Shown one piece after another: positions 50,241 to 58,879 of a stretch of DNA of 64,000 nucleotides. The notes beneath the pieces are model-generated. The model worked only from the letters and a program-made list of their open reading frames with translations, ran no database searches and was not told where the DNA came from. Each line of letters opens with the position of its first letter. Positions within the stretch are counted from its first letter, which is position 1. The stretch is from a virus. The stretch covers positions 1 to 64,000 of the IMG/VR virus record IMGVR_UViG_3300042294_004161, one strand, 5' to 3'. The position numbers and the translations under genes are program-made.

Positions 50241-50540
50241 ATGAATAGATATCAAAACATACCTAAAACTAAAATTAATAAAAAATTAGTATATCAAACA
50301 TCAAGATATCCTGAGGTTTTATTATCTCCTAATGACATATATGTGTATACTACACAAGGAGATAGATTTGATACTCTAGCTCAACAATATTATAATAATA
50401 GTTCATTATGGTGGGTAATTTCAATAGCAAACACAGACAAAGTAAACCAAAGTACAATAGTAATCCCAGAAGGATTACAAATTAGAATACCAGCAACATA
50501 TGCTAATGTAATACAAGATTTTAATATAATAAACGCTTAA
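50241..50540 (+). CDS. LysM-like baseplate protein (gp53/tail X type)
   Basis: GDRFDTLAQQYYNNSSLWWVISIAN...GLQIRIP. Confidence 0.85.
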   Translation: MNRYQNIPKTKINKKLVYQTSRYPEVLLSPNDIYVYTTQGDRFDTLAQQYYNNSSLWWVISIANTDKVNQSTIVIPEGLQIRIPATYANVIQDFNIINA

Positions 50541-50541
50541 T

Positions 50542-53502
50542 ATGGGAAACATAGTAGGGGAAGGTTTTGATCAAATAATTATAGATCAAATAAATCAAAG
50601 ACAAAAAATATATGGTTCTATTAATAGAACTAATGAAATATTAAATTACATAAATAATAAAACAGGTTGGTGTCGTTTAGTATCATCGGTTGATGTTGTT
50701 GTACCTCCTCCAAATAGAAACTTACCTAATAGAGGTGTAGACCTTGCTAAAAATTTTATTTTATTTAATGGCACTTCATTCCAAGGGAATCAACAAAGAG
50801 GAGGAGTATGGCCTGGTACAGATGATCCTAGTTTTAATGACTATGCTTATGGTATGGGAGGTACTAATTTTGGATTACGTCCAATGCCTGGTATTACTCA
50901 AGCAACAATAAAAACAGAAACTAGAGGTTCTCTTAAAACAGCAACAATTAATATTAAAGCAAATAATAGAGAACAATTTGATATAATTGATGTTCTTTAT
51001 CTTCGTTTAGGATATACAATGTTATTAGAATGGGGTAGTAGTTCTTATTTTAGAAATAATGGAGATTATGAATCTAATAATTCTAATAGTTTAGTAAATG
51101 ATTTTTTAAACGCAGGCCCCGCTACCCCACCTAGTCCTACTTCAAGTACAAATCCAAATATTACAAATATTACAAATAATCCTTTAGTCTTTCAAACACC
51201 CCAACTTATTACAGGAAATACAACACCATCAAACACAAATAAAATTTTTAGTTATGCCAATTATCCTGAAAAGATTAAAGAAAAAAGATTAGAAGCTGTA
51301 GGTAATTATGATGCTATTATAGGTAAAGTAGTTAATTTTAATTGGACTTTTACAAAAGATGGAACCTATGATATTACTGTAATTTTAAGAAGTATGGGAG
51401 ATGTAATTGAATCTCTTAAAACAAATATTCTACTTCCTGGAACTACAATTAATACTAATTCTGGAGATACTCAACCATCTGATAAACCAATTGAAGTAAT
51501 TAAATCCTTTTCAGAAATTCATAGTATAGGAAAAGAATTTTATAGATTACAACAAAAACTCCCTTCAGCAAATACTCAAGGTGGGGGCATATTTAGAATT
51601 TTAGCTAAGTCTCAAGACAAAAATAATATGGCTTTTGAAGACAATAGTATTGATCCAAATTCAGTTATAGCTTTTTCTCAAATATATAGTGGAGAAGGTG
51701 GAGGTACTCATTATTATATTCGTTTAGGATATTTTTTAAAATTTTTAGAAAGAAAAATTATTCCTTATGTAAATATACCAGAAGTAGCTTTAATGGAATT
51801 TGATACAGATGTTAGGTCTAATATTATATATTTACAAGCTCGACAAATTAGTAATAATCCAGGAATATGTGTAATTAATACTACTATAACTTTTAATGAA
51901 AATGGAAAAGAAGTAAAATTTGCTCCTGGTTGTGATCAGTTTAAAACTACATTACCTGGTAGTAAAAATACATATGGAAGAATAATGAATATTTATTTTG
52001 ATATGGCTTGGATATTAACTACTATGGATTCATTAAAAGATAAAGATGGAAAAATATCATTATATTCCTTATTAGAAAGTATTTGTGATGGATGGAATAC
52101 AGCAACAGGTAATTTTAATAAATTAGAACCAACAGTAGAAGAAAAAACAATACGTTTTATAGATGAAACAGCTCTTCCTGATAGAGATAGATGGTTAGAA
52201 TTATTAGGTCAATCTGTAAAACCTGCGTTTTTTGATGTATATGGTTTATATCCTAGTAATCAAACAGCAGGATTTATTAAAGATTTAAGTTTTAATACAA
52301 CTGTACCTCCAAATTTAGCTACTATGATTACTATAGGAGCTACTTCTAAAGGATATGTTGTAGGACAAGATTCAACTGCTTTATCTCGAATGAATGCAGG
52401 TTTTACAGATAGATTTAAAAAAAATATAGAATTCTCAGAAGATAAATCACCTCCAGGAACTTCATCTATTATTAATAACTATTCAGAAGTATTAAAAAAT
52501 TATAATACTTTTCTTTTAGAATTAGGATCTGTTGATGAAGGAAAACCAAACTGGAATCAAGAAGCTATAGATAACTTTACAAATACAGCTGAAACTTTTT
52601 ATGAATATGATCAAGCTAAACAAACATTAGAAGCTGTTGGATTATCAAAAGATTTAGCTGTTAAAGTAGTATCAGGAGAAACAACTACATCAGTAGAAGA
52701 TTATGTAAATTATTTATCATCAGCTCCTGCATCTTCAATTGGATTTTTACCTTTTGATCTACAATTAATAATGGATGGCCTTTCTGGAATGAAAATATAT
52801 CAAAAATATACAATTGATACTACTTATTTACCTGCTAATTATCCAACATCATTAGAATTTTTAATTAAAGGAATAACTAATAATATTCAAAACAATGAAT
52901 GGACTACTACTATAGAATCAATAGCTATACCTAAAAATCCATTTGGTTCTGTTCTTGGGAAAGGGGCGGTTGGTAATGCTTCTCGAGATAATAATAGAGG
53001 TGCTGCTCCTACACCAACCGGATCTACACCAAACGCTAATAGATTAAGAACAATCTTAACAAGTTTAGGATACCGTGAAAAAGGTAGAGAATTATCTAAC
53101 GGTGGAGATATTTCAAATGATCTAGTAAATTATGCTGCTTCAGTATTTAGAGAAATTAAAAACCAACTTCCAAGTTTAATAATCACAGTAACTGGAGGTA
53201 ATGATGCTTATCACCAAAGATTAGCTTACAAATCATCTCATACCTTGGGCCAAGGATTAGATTTTGTAATTTCTCCATTAACAATAGATAATAAAAATGC
53301 TGTTGATAAAATATTAGGAGGATTTGCAGCTGGTAACCAATCTAAAATTGTTAGCTTTATTAATGAATATGATTATCCATCTTCAGCAGCTACAGCAGGT
53401 CACTTCCATATTAGAATTGGAGGTAAAGTTGAAAGTAAAAGAATAGCTACATTTATAGCTCAAGCAAATAAAGGTCAATTAACAACATATCCAATAGTTT
53501 AA
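50542..53502 (+). CDS. Baseplate hub protein with C-terminal putative Zn peptidase (peptidase M15/LAS-like)
   Basis: RPMPGIT, YLRLGYTMLLEWG, WTTTIES hub motifs; C-terminal SSHTLGQGLDF...HFH. Confidence 0.65.
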   Translation: MGNIVGEGFDQIIIDQINQRQKIYGSINRTNEILNYINNKTGWCRLVSSVDVVVPPPNRNLPNRGVDLAKNFILFNGTSFQGNQQRGGVWPGTDDPSFNDYAYGMGGTNFGLRPMPGITQATIKTETRGSLKTATINIKANNREQFDIIDVLYLRLGYTMLLEWGSSSYFRNNGDYESNNSNSLVNDFLNAGPATPPSPTSSTNPNITNITNNPLVFQTPQLITGNTTPSNTNKIFSYANYPEKIKEKRLEAVGNYDAIIGKVVNFNWTFTKDGTYDITVILRSMGDVIESLKTNILLPGTTINTNSGDTQPSDKPIEVIKSFSEIHSIGKEFYRLQQKLPSANTQGGGIFRILAKSQDKNNMAFEDNSIDPNSVIAFSQIYSGEGGGTHYYIRLGYFLKFLERKIIPYVNIPEVALMEFDTDVRSNIIYLQARQISNNPGICVINTTITFNENGKEVKFAPGCDQFKTTLPGSKNTYGRIMNIYFDMAWILTTMDSLKDKDGKISLYSLLESICDGWNTATGNFNKLEPTVEEKTIRFIDETALPDRDRWLELLGQSVKPAFFDVYGLYPSNQTAGFIKDLSFNTTVPPNLATMITIGATSKGYVVGQDSTALSRMNAGFTDRFKKNIEFSEDKSPPGTSSIINNYSEVLKNYNTFLLELGSVDEGKPNWNQEAIDNFTNTAETFYEYDQAKQTLEAVGLSKDLAVKVVSGETTTSVEDYVNYLSSAPASSIGFLPFDLQLIMDGLSGMKIYQKYTIDTTYLPANYPTSLEFLIKGITNNIQNNEWTTTIESIAIPKNPFGSVLGKGAVGNASRDNNRGAAPTPTGSTPNANRLRTILTSLGYREKGRELSNGGDISNDLVNYAASVFREIKNQLPSLIITVTGGNDAYHQRLAYKSSHTLGQGLDFVISPLTIDNKNAVDKILGGFAAGNQSKIVSFINEYDYPSSAATAGHFHIRIGGKVESKRIATFIAQANKGQLTTYPIV

Positions 53503-53503
53503 A

Positions 53504-54166
53504 ATGTATTACCCTAAATCACAAATAAAAACTAATTTATACACTAATGGGGATGAGTATATTGTTGAATTAACTCAAACACCATATATAGGATATTATT
53601 ACTTAACAAGTACAGGAAGAGCATTTACTGGAAGAACACCTGATGATAGACCAAATCAAGAATTAATTAAAGTTGAACCGGTAACAAAAGATGAAGGTGA
53701 TTCTTCAACAGTAATAAGACCCTCAACAGCTACTATTTTTTCATCTCATAATCCGGGAGCAATAGATGCAGTTACTTCTTTAGATTATAATTCAGCTTTA
53801 AATTATGCCCAATTAAAAAATATAAACGTATATAACCCTCCAATTAAAATTTTACCTTATTACTCCCCAACCCTCCCAACCCCACAAGACTACCAAAACG
53901 GAGAATTTCAAAGATATTTTTGTAAAAAAACAAACGAAATAAAATATATTGAAATAAATAAGGAACAATTTGATAAATTAGTAGCCCAAGATCCTCAAAT
54001 TGAATTCTCACTATATCAACCATTTACTATAACATGGATTATATCAGGTGATAAAGATACAGTAGCTAAAACTAATAGAAATATAGTAGAATTAGCATCA
54101 TTTAGACAAAAATTACCTAGATTAGCTGATTATCTTCGATTTGATTACACTAAGTATTTAAAATAA
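53504..54166 (+). CDS. Hypothetical baseplate-region protein
   Basis: NLYTNGDEY..YIGYY; PTPQDYQNGEFQRYF. Confidence 0.6.
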   Translation: MYYPKSQIKTNLYTNGDEYIVELTQTPYIGYYYLTSTGRAFTGRTPDDRPNQELIKVEPVTKDEGDSSTVIRPSTATIFSSHNPGAIDAVTSLDYNSALNYAQLKNINVYNPPIKILPYYSPTLPTPQDYQNGEFQRYFCKKTNEIKYIEINKEQFDKLVAQDPQIEFSLYQPFTITWIISGDKDTVAKTNRNIVELASFRQKLPRLADYLRFDYTKYLK

Positions 54167-54273
54167 TTTGGTAATCTTACTTTTCTTTCATATATTTATC
54201 ATAAATAATTAAAAAACATAAACATGAAAGTAACACAACTACGTCAATTAATCAGAGAAGAAATTCAATCTGT
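54155..54273 (+). repeat. 119-bp exact direct repeat A, copy 1 (upstream gene end, promoters and leader codons)
   Basis: Identical to 56693..56811. Confidence 0.92.
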
Positions 54274-54559
54274 GGTTAAAGAAGCTAAAATCAAAAATCA
54301 ATATGTCATTAAAGATGAAGAAGAAAGTGATGAAGATTTTGATTTTTATGTAATTGATAAAAAGAAAGCATTTGAATATCTGAAACAATTTGATAAAAGA
54401 GGAAGTGTAAATGCTAAACAATTCATTAAGGATGATGAGGGTTGGGGTGAATTTGAACAATATTTAGAAGATGTTGAAAAAATGTCAGATAAACAGTTAG
54501 AAAAAGCAATGCGTGAAGAAATGAGTTATTATTTCTTTAGCGAACCAGATGGTATTTAA
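54224..54559 (+). CDS. Leader-bearing acidic protein (putative internal head cargo)
   Basis: MKVTQLRQLIREEIQSVVKE leader. Confidence 0.65.
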   Translation: MKVTQLRQLIREEIQSVVKEAKIKNQYVIKDEEESDEDFDFYVIDKKKAFEYLKQFDKRGSVNAKQFIKDDEGWGEFEQYLEDVEKMSDKQLEKAMREEMSYYFFSEPDGI

Positions 54560-54570
54560 AATATAAAGGC

Positions 54571-54933
54571 ATGAAAATTACTCAGCTACGTCAATTAATC
54601 AGAGAAGAAATTCAATCTGTAGTTAAAGAAGATAAAATTCATATAAAAGTAATTAATAAAGGCTTAAATAAATTTGGAGCAGAACAAATGAATAAAGCTT
54701 TTAAAAGTAATAGAGAAAAATATCCTGAAGCTATTGATGATTACTTTTTTAAAGTTGGAGATAAAATAGGTAAACCTAATAAAGTAATTAAACAACCTAA
54801 ACTATTTAATAGCAACCCAGGCAAAACTAGTATGGGATTATATCATGTTCATAGTGTAGACCAAGGAATAATTGAAATACCATTAGAATGGCTAGATTAT
54901 GATACTAAAACATTTAAAATTGTAGAAATTTAA
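54571..54933 (+). CDS. Leader-bearing basic protein (putative internal head cargo)
   Basis: MKITQLRQLIREEIQSVVKE leader; unrelated body. Confidence 0.65.
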   Translation: MKITQLRQLIREEIQSVVKEDKIHIKVINKGLNKFGAEQMNKAFKSNREKYPEAIDDYFFKVGDKIGKPNKVIKQPKLFNSNPGKTSMGLYHVHSVDQGIIEIPLEWLDYDTKTFKIVEI

Positions 54934-54945
54934 ATAATTAAAATA

Positions 54946-55275
54946 ATGAAAGTAAGACAACTTAGACAAATTATTAGAGAAGAAATTCAATCTGTGATGA
55001 AAGAACAAGAAGCTATTAAAATTACTCCTGAACAAAAAGCAGCATTTTTAGATAGGATTAAAGGATATGCTGAAGATGAAGGAGCAGATAGTGCTTTTTT
55101 TGAAGCAGGTAATATATTAGCTCGTGTACTTACTGATGATGAAGCTGAATTTATAGAAGATGTTGAAGATTTTGGATATAATGCCCAAGAAGTTGAAGAT
55201 TATGCTCAAGATTTAGTAGGTTCTTTGGATTTAGAATTCGATTATGACGATAATGATTACGACGATGATTTCTAA
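54946..55275 (+). CDS. Leader-bearing acidic protein (putative internal head cargo)
   Basis: MKVRQLRQIIREEIQSVMKE leader; body paralogous to the N-half of the next gene. Confidence 0.65.
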   Translation: MKVRQLRQIIREEIQSVMKEQEAIKITPEQKAAFLDRIKGYAEDEGADSAFFEAGNILARVLTDDEAEFIEDVEDFGYNAQEVEDYAQDLVGSLDLEFDYDDNDYDDDF

Positions 55276-55279
55276 TCAT

Positions 55280-56101
55280 ATGAAAAGAAAGCAGTTTAAT
55301 CAACTACGCCAACTAATCAAAGAAGAAATTAAGTTAGCAATAAAAGAGCAAGAAGCTATTAAAATTACTCCTGAACAAAAGAAAGAATTTCTTAGATTAG
55401 TTAAAAGAACTATGGGAGAATTATATCTCAACACAGGAAAAGAAGTGGTGAATGATGGGGAAGTAGATCGTCTTTTAGTTTCAGTTTTAACTAATGATGA
55501 AACCGATTGGTTAGAAGATATAGATCAATACGGATATGACCCAGATGCTGTAAAAAAATACGCTGAAGAACTAGTATTACTTAGATTCCCAGACCCTCTA
55601 CCTCCACCTCCTAAGGACTATGAAAATATTATACAACAATATATTCAAAATGGAAATAAAGGTGATTTAGATTTAATGGGTTATGATAAACCTACTTTAC
55701 CTAATAATTTTCCTTCTGAAATAGGAGGAAATTTGTATTTAAATGATTCATCTATAAAATCTTTACCTGATGGATTAACAGTACATGGTAACTTAGGTTT
55801 AAGTAAATCATCTATAAAATCTTTACCTAATAGACTAACAGTACATGGTACTTTGAGTTTAGCAGGTTTACCTATAAAATCATTACCTAAAGATTTAGTA
55901 GTAAAACAAAGAAAAAGAAACCGATTAGCTGATACTATATGGTTAACAAATACCCCAATTAGTAAAAAATATACAAAAGAAGAACTAGAAGCTTTATCTC
56001 CCGGAATTAAAGGTCTTCAATGGCTTGCAGGAGTATGGAATGAAGAAGATATTAAAGATCATAATTTAAAGAGAAAACCTGACGGAACTTTTTATAGATA
56101 A
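55280..56101 (+). CDS. Leader-bearing protein with leucine-rich repeats
   Basis: Start moved to ATG 55280; QLRQLIKEEIKLAIKE; three 20-aa GxLxLxxxxIKSLPxxLxV repeats. Confidence 0.7.
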   Translation: MKRKQFNQLRQLIKEEIKLAIKEQEAIKITPEQKKEFLRLVKRTMGELYLNTGKEVVNDGEVDRLLVSVLTNDETDWLEDIDQYGYDPDAVKKYAEELVLLRFPDPLPPPPKDYENIIQQYIQNGNKGDLDLMGYDKPTLPNNFPSEIGGNLYLNDSSIKSLPDGLTVHGNLGLSKSSIKSLPNRLTVHGTLSLAGLPIKSLPKDLVVKQRKRNRLADTIWLTNTPISKKYTKEELEALSPGIKGLQWLAGVWNEEDIKDHNLKRKPDGTFYR

Positions 56102-56114
56102 AACAACATATTTT

Positions 56115-56153
56115 AAAGTAAAGCTTGGGAAACCAGGCTTTCTTTATTATATT
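56115..56153 (+). repeat. 39-bp exact direct repeat B, copy 1 (terminator-like hairpin fused with TTGG-N19-TATATT promoter)
   Basis: Identical to 57039..57077; AAAGCTTGG-GAAA-CCAGGCTTT hairpin. Confidence 0.9.
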
Positions 56154-56159
56154 TACATT

Positions 56160-56405
56160 ATGAAAATAATAATTAATAGAATCCTCAATTTAGATGGAAC
56201 ATGGCAAAGCTATAAAATTTCATCTCCTAATGCTTATACAAAACCAACTTGGAAAGAATTAGGTAAACAATTTAACACATTAAATGATATAATTGATTTT
56301 TATAAATTACAAAATGTAAGAGAACTAGGTGTAAAATATTCTTATGATAATAAGGATAGAAAATATGGAATTGAAGAACATGAAGCAATTTTACCATTAA
56401 TTTAA
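56160..56405 (+). CDS. Hypothetical protein
   Basis: ORF with its own promoter motif and downstream hairpin. Confidence 0.55.
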   Translation: MKIIINRILNLDGTWQSYKISSPNAYTKPTWKELGKQFNTLNDIIDFYKLQNVRELGVKYSYDNKDRKYGIEEHEAILPLI

Positions 56406-56425
56406 TAATTTTAAATTTTTTAATT

Positions 56426-56450
56426 AAAGCTTAATTATTTAAGCTTTTTT
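56426..56450 (+). terminator. Probable terminator
   Basis: AAAGCTTAA-TTAT-TTAAGCTTT plus Ts. Confidence 0.6.
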
Positions 56451-56479
56451 GTTATATCATATTAAATAATAAATAATTT

Positions 56480-56704
56480 ATGAATTATTATACAAGACTT
56501 TTATATAAAGATAAAATGCATCCTGAAATTTATAATTCAAATATTCCTATAGACCAAAAATTATTTCTTCAAAATCAATTGGAGAAGTTTGGAGGAGATT
56601 TTGATAAACTTCTAGAAGATATGGAAAAATATGCTATACTTACTGATGTAGAAGATTATGAAAATGCAGCTAAGATTAGAGATTATAGAAAATATTTAAA
56701 ATAA
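56480..56704 (+). CDS. Small protein with UvrB/UvrC (UVR)-like motif
   Basis: LLEDMEKYA...EDYENAAKIRD. Confidence 0.65.
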   Translation: MNYYTRLLYKDKMHPEIYNSNIPIDQKLFLQNQLEKFGGDFDKLLEDMEKYAILTDVEDYENAAKIRDYRKYLK

Positions 56705-56811
56705 TTTGGTAATCTTACTTTTCTTTCATATATTTATCATAAATAATTAAAAAACATAAACATGAAAGTAACACAACTACGTCAATTAATCAGAGAAGAA
56801 ATTCAATCTGT
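56693..56811 (+). repeat. 119-bp exact direct repeat A, copy 2
   Basis: Identical to 54155..54273. Confidence 0.92.
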
Positions 56812-57022
56812 AAAGAAAACATCCATAAATGAAAATATGACCTCAGAATATTGGAGTATAATGGTTGAAAATCAACCCGAAGATGTAATTAAGATTTTAG
56901 TTGATTTAACTAATGGTAAACTATCTTATCGTGACTTTTTAGAATCTACAGAAGCTGATATATATGATTCCTTTAGAGATGAAATGGGAGAAGATGAAGA
57001 TGATGAGTTTGATGAAGATTAA
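56762..57022 (+). CDS. Leader-bearing acidic protein (putative internal head cargo)
   Basis: MKVTQLRQLIREEIQSVKKTSINE leader. Confidence 0.65.
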   Translation: MKVTQLRQLIREEIQSVKKTSINENMTSEYWSIMVENQPEDVIKILVDLTNGKLSYRDFLESTEADIYDSFRDEMGEDEDDEFDED

Positions 57023-57038
57023 TAAATAAAAACCATTA

Positions 57039-57077
57039 AAAGTAAAGCTTGGGAAACCAGGCTTTCTTTATTATATT
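57039..57077 (+). repeat. 39-bp exact direct repeat B, copy 2
   Basis: Identical to 56115..56153. Confidence 0.9.
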
Positions 57078-57103
57078 ATATGTCAATAAAAGGTTATAGA
57101 TAA

Positions 57104-58384
57104 ATGTTTTGGCTAATAGAAAAAGACTCACAAATTGAATATTTAATAAATAAAAAATATGAAGAAGTATTTGTTGAGGTAATCTCTTATAATGATAATT
57201 TACATCCAATCCTCAACGATGTGTCTTTAATATATTATAAACCGTTAAAATCCAATAAAGGGTTTATGTTATGTATTGACCATAGTGAATCATTAAATGC
57301 AGATAAAACACTAATAGACACGTTATTAACACAAACATCTCGTATATGGGTACGAGATAAGAAAAAAACATTATATTATTTACCTATTAAAAATTTATAT
57401 GATGTAAATTTAATTGATACACCATATGAACCAGCTTTAACACCCACTCATATTTATTTTCAAAACAAATATCCTGAGTATAAGAAAATAAATAAATTAA
57501 TTCCTATATCAAAACATTATGAATTATGTGAGGGTATATATAATAATGTAAAACATAATTTTGATAAAGAATTACCATCTTATTTTGAGTTTTATAACAA
57601 TAAAGCAACACTTGCTTTTTTTGGAATAGAAAAAAATGGAATAACAATAAACGAAAATATATTTTATGAACATTTTAAACCAAATCAATCTTTTTATTCT
57701 ATCCAAGATTCAAAGATTTATACCAATTACAACTTATATACAACTACACGCAGACCCAGCAACGCTTTTAATGGGGTTAACTTTGCCGCATTAAATAAAG
57801 AAAATGGTTCTAGAAAAAGTTTTATCCCACAAAACCACAGATTTGTTGAAATTGATATAAGTGCTTATCACCCTCACCTAACAGCCAATTTAGTTGGTTA
57901 TGATTTTGGAGATCAAGATGTACACCAAGTATTTGCAGATATGTATGGTGTCTCATATGATGAATCTAAAAATCTTACATTTAAACAGTTATATGGTGGA
58001 GTATTCAGAGAATATGAAAACCTAGAATATTTCCAACTCATAAAACAATACATTAATAATATCTGGGAGGAGTTCAATAACTCAGGTAAAGTTATTACAC
58101 CAATTTCAGGTTATTGCTTTGAAAAAAGTAAATTAGATAATATGAACCCTCAAAAATTATTTAATTACATATTACAAAACTATGAGAGTTCAAATAATGT
58201 TCATATATTGATGGACATTCATAAATTATTAAAAGGAAAAAATACTAAGTTAATTTTATACACATATGATTCAGTATTAATAGATTATGACGATGAAGAA
58301 AAATTATTTAATAGTATAAAAAACATATTTAAAAAACACAATTTAAAAATAAAGGTTAAAAATGGAACCAACTACGACTTTTGA
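57104..58384 (+). CDS. polA: Compact family A DNA polymerase
   Basis: TTTRRPSN..NFAALNK, motif A EIDISAYHP, motif B KNLTFKQLYGG, NYILQ, motif C LYTYDSVLID. Confidence 0.8.
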   Translation: MFWLIEKDSQIEYLINKKYEEVFVEVISYNDNLHPILNDVSLIYYKPLKSNKGFMLCIDHSESLNADKTLIDTLLTQTSRIWVRDKKKTLYYLPIKNLYDVNLIDTPYEPALTPTHIYFQNKYPEYKKINKLIPISKHYELCEGIYNNVKHNFDKELPSYFEFYNNKATLAFFGIEKNGITINENIFYEHFKPNQSFYSIQDSKIYTNYNLYTTTRRPSNAFNGVNFAALNKENGSRKSFIPQNHRFVEIDISAYHPHLTANLVGYDFGDQDVHQVFADMYGVSYDESKNLTFKQLYGGVFREYENLEYFQLIKQYINNIWEEFNNSGKVITPISGYCFEKSKLDNMNPQKLFNYILQNYESSNNVHILMDIHKLLKGKNTKLILYTYDSVLIDYDDEEKLFNSIKNIFKKHNLKIKVKNGTNYDF

Positions 58385-58820
58385 TAATTACTATAATATT
58401 TATTGGGAGAACACCCAATTAAATACTAAAGATTTGAATAACCGACTGTTATGCACGTTTGTATCTGAGGATACATTAGATGATATGATATATAGTATAG
58501 AGAATGCTTACTCTATCATGTACAATAAAATGTTTGTACTTTTTATTAAAAGCACAGGTGAATATGCTATTACCTATAATGTAGACCAAGGTAATGTTAG
58601 TAACATTCCTAAAAATACTATATTAGTTCACCGTAAAAAAGAGTTTAATGTTTTATATAGTTTAAATGGTTTAAACGAAATAATTAAGACGTTAAATGGA
58701 GGTGTAGTAGATCCGTCATTTAAAATAAATTGGCAACATTATCAAAATAGTATTCTATTAACTCAAGAAGGTCAATTAAAACAGCTAAATACAAAAATTC
58801 ACAAGATTGTTGAATTATAA
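58362..58820 (+). CDS. Hypothetical protein coupled to the polymerase gene
   Basis: Overlaps the polymerase stop; LVHRKKE..LYSLNGLNE. Confidence 0.65.
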   Translation: MEPTTTFDNYYNIYWENTQLNTKDLNNRLLCTFVSEDTLDDMIYSIENAYSIMYNKMFVLFIKSTGEYAITYNVDQGNVSNIPKNTILVHRKKEFNVLYSLNGLNEIIKTLNGGVVDPSFKINWQHYQNSILLTQEGQLKQLNTKIHKIVEL

Positions 58821-58879
58821 TTTGGCTAAGCCAAAATAAGTTATTATATTATAGTTAAACTAAAAATTAAAACACAGTT

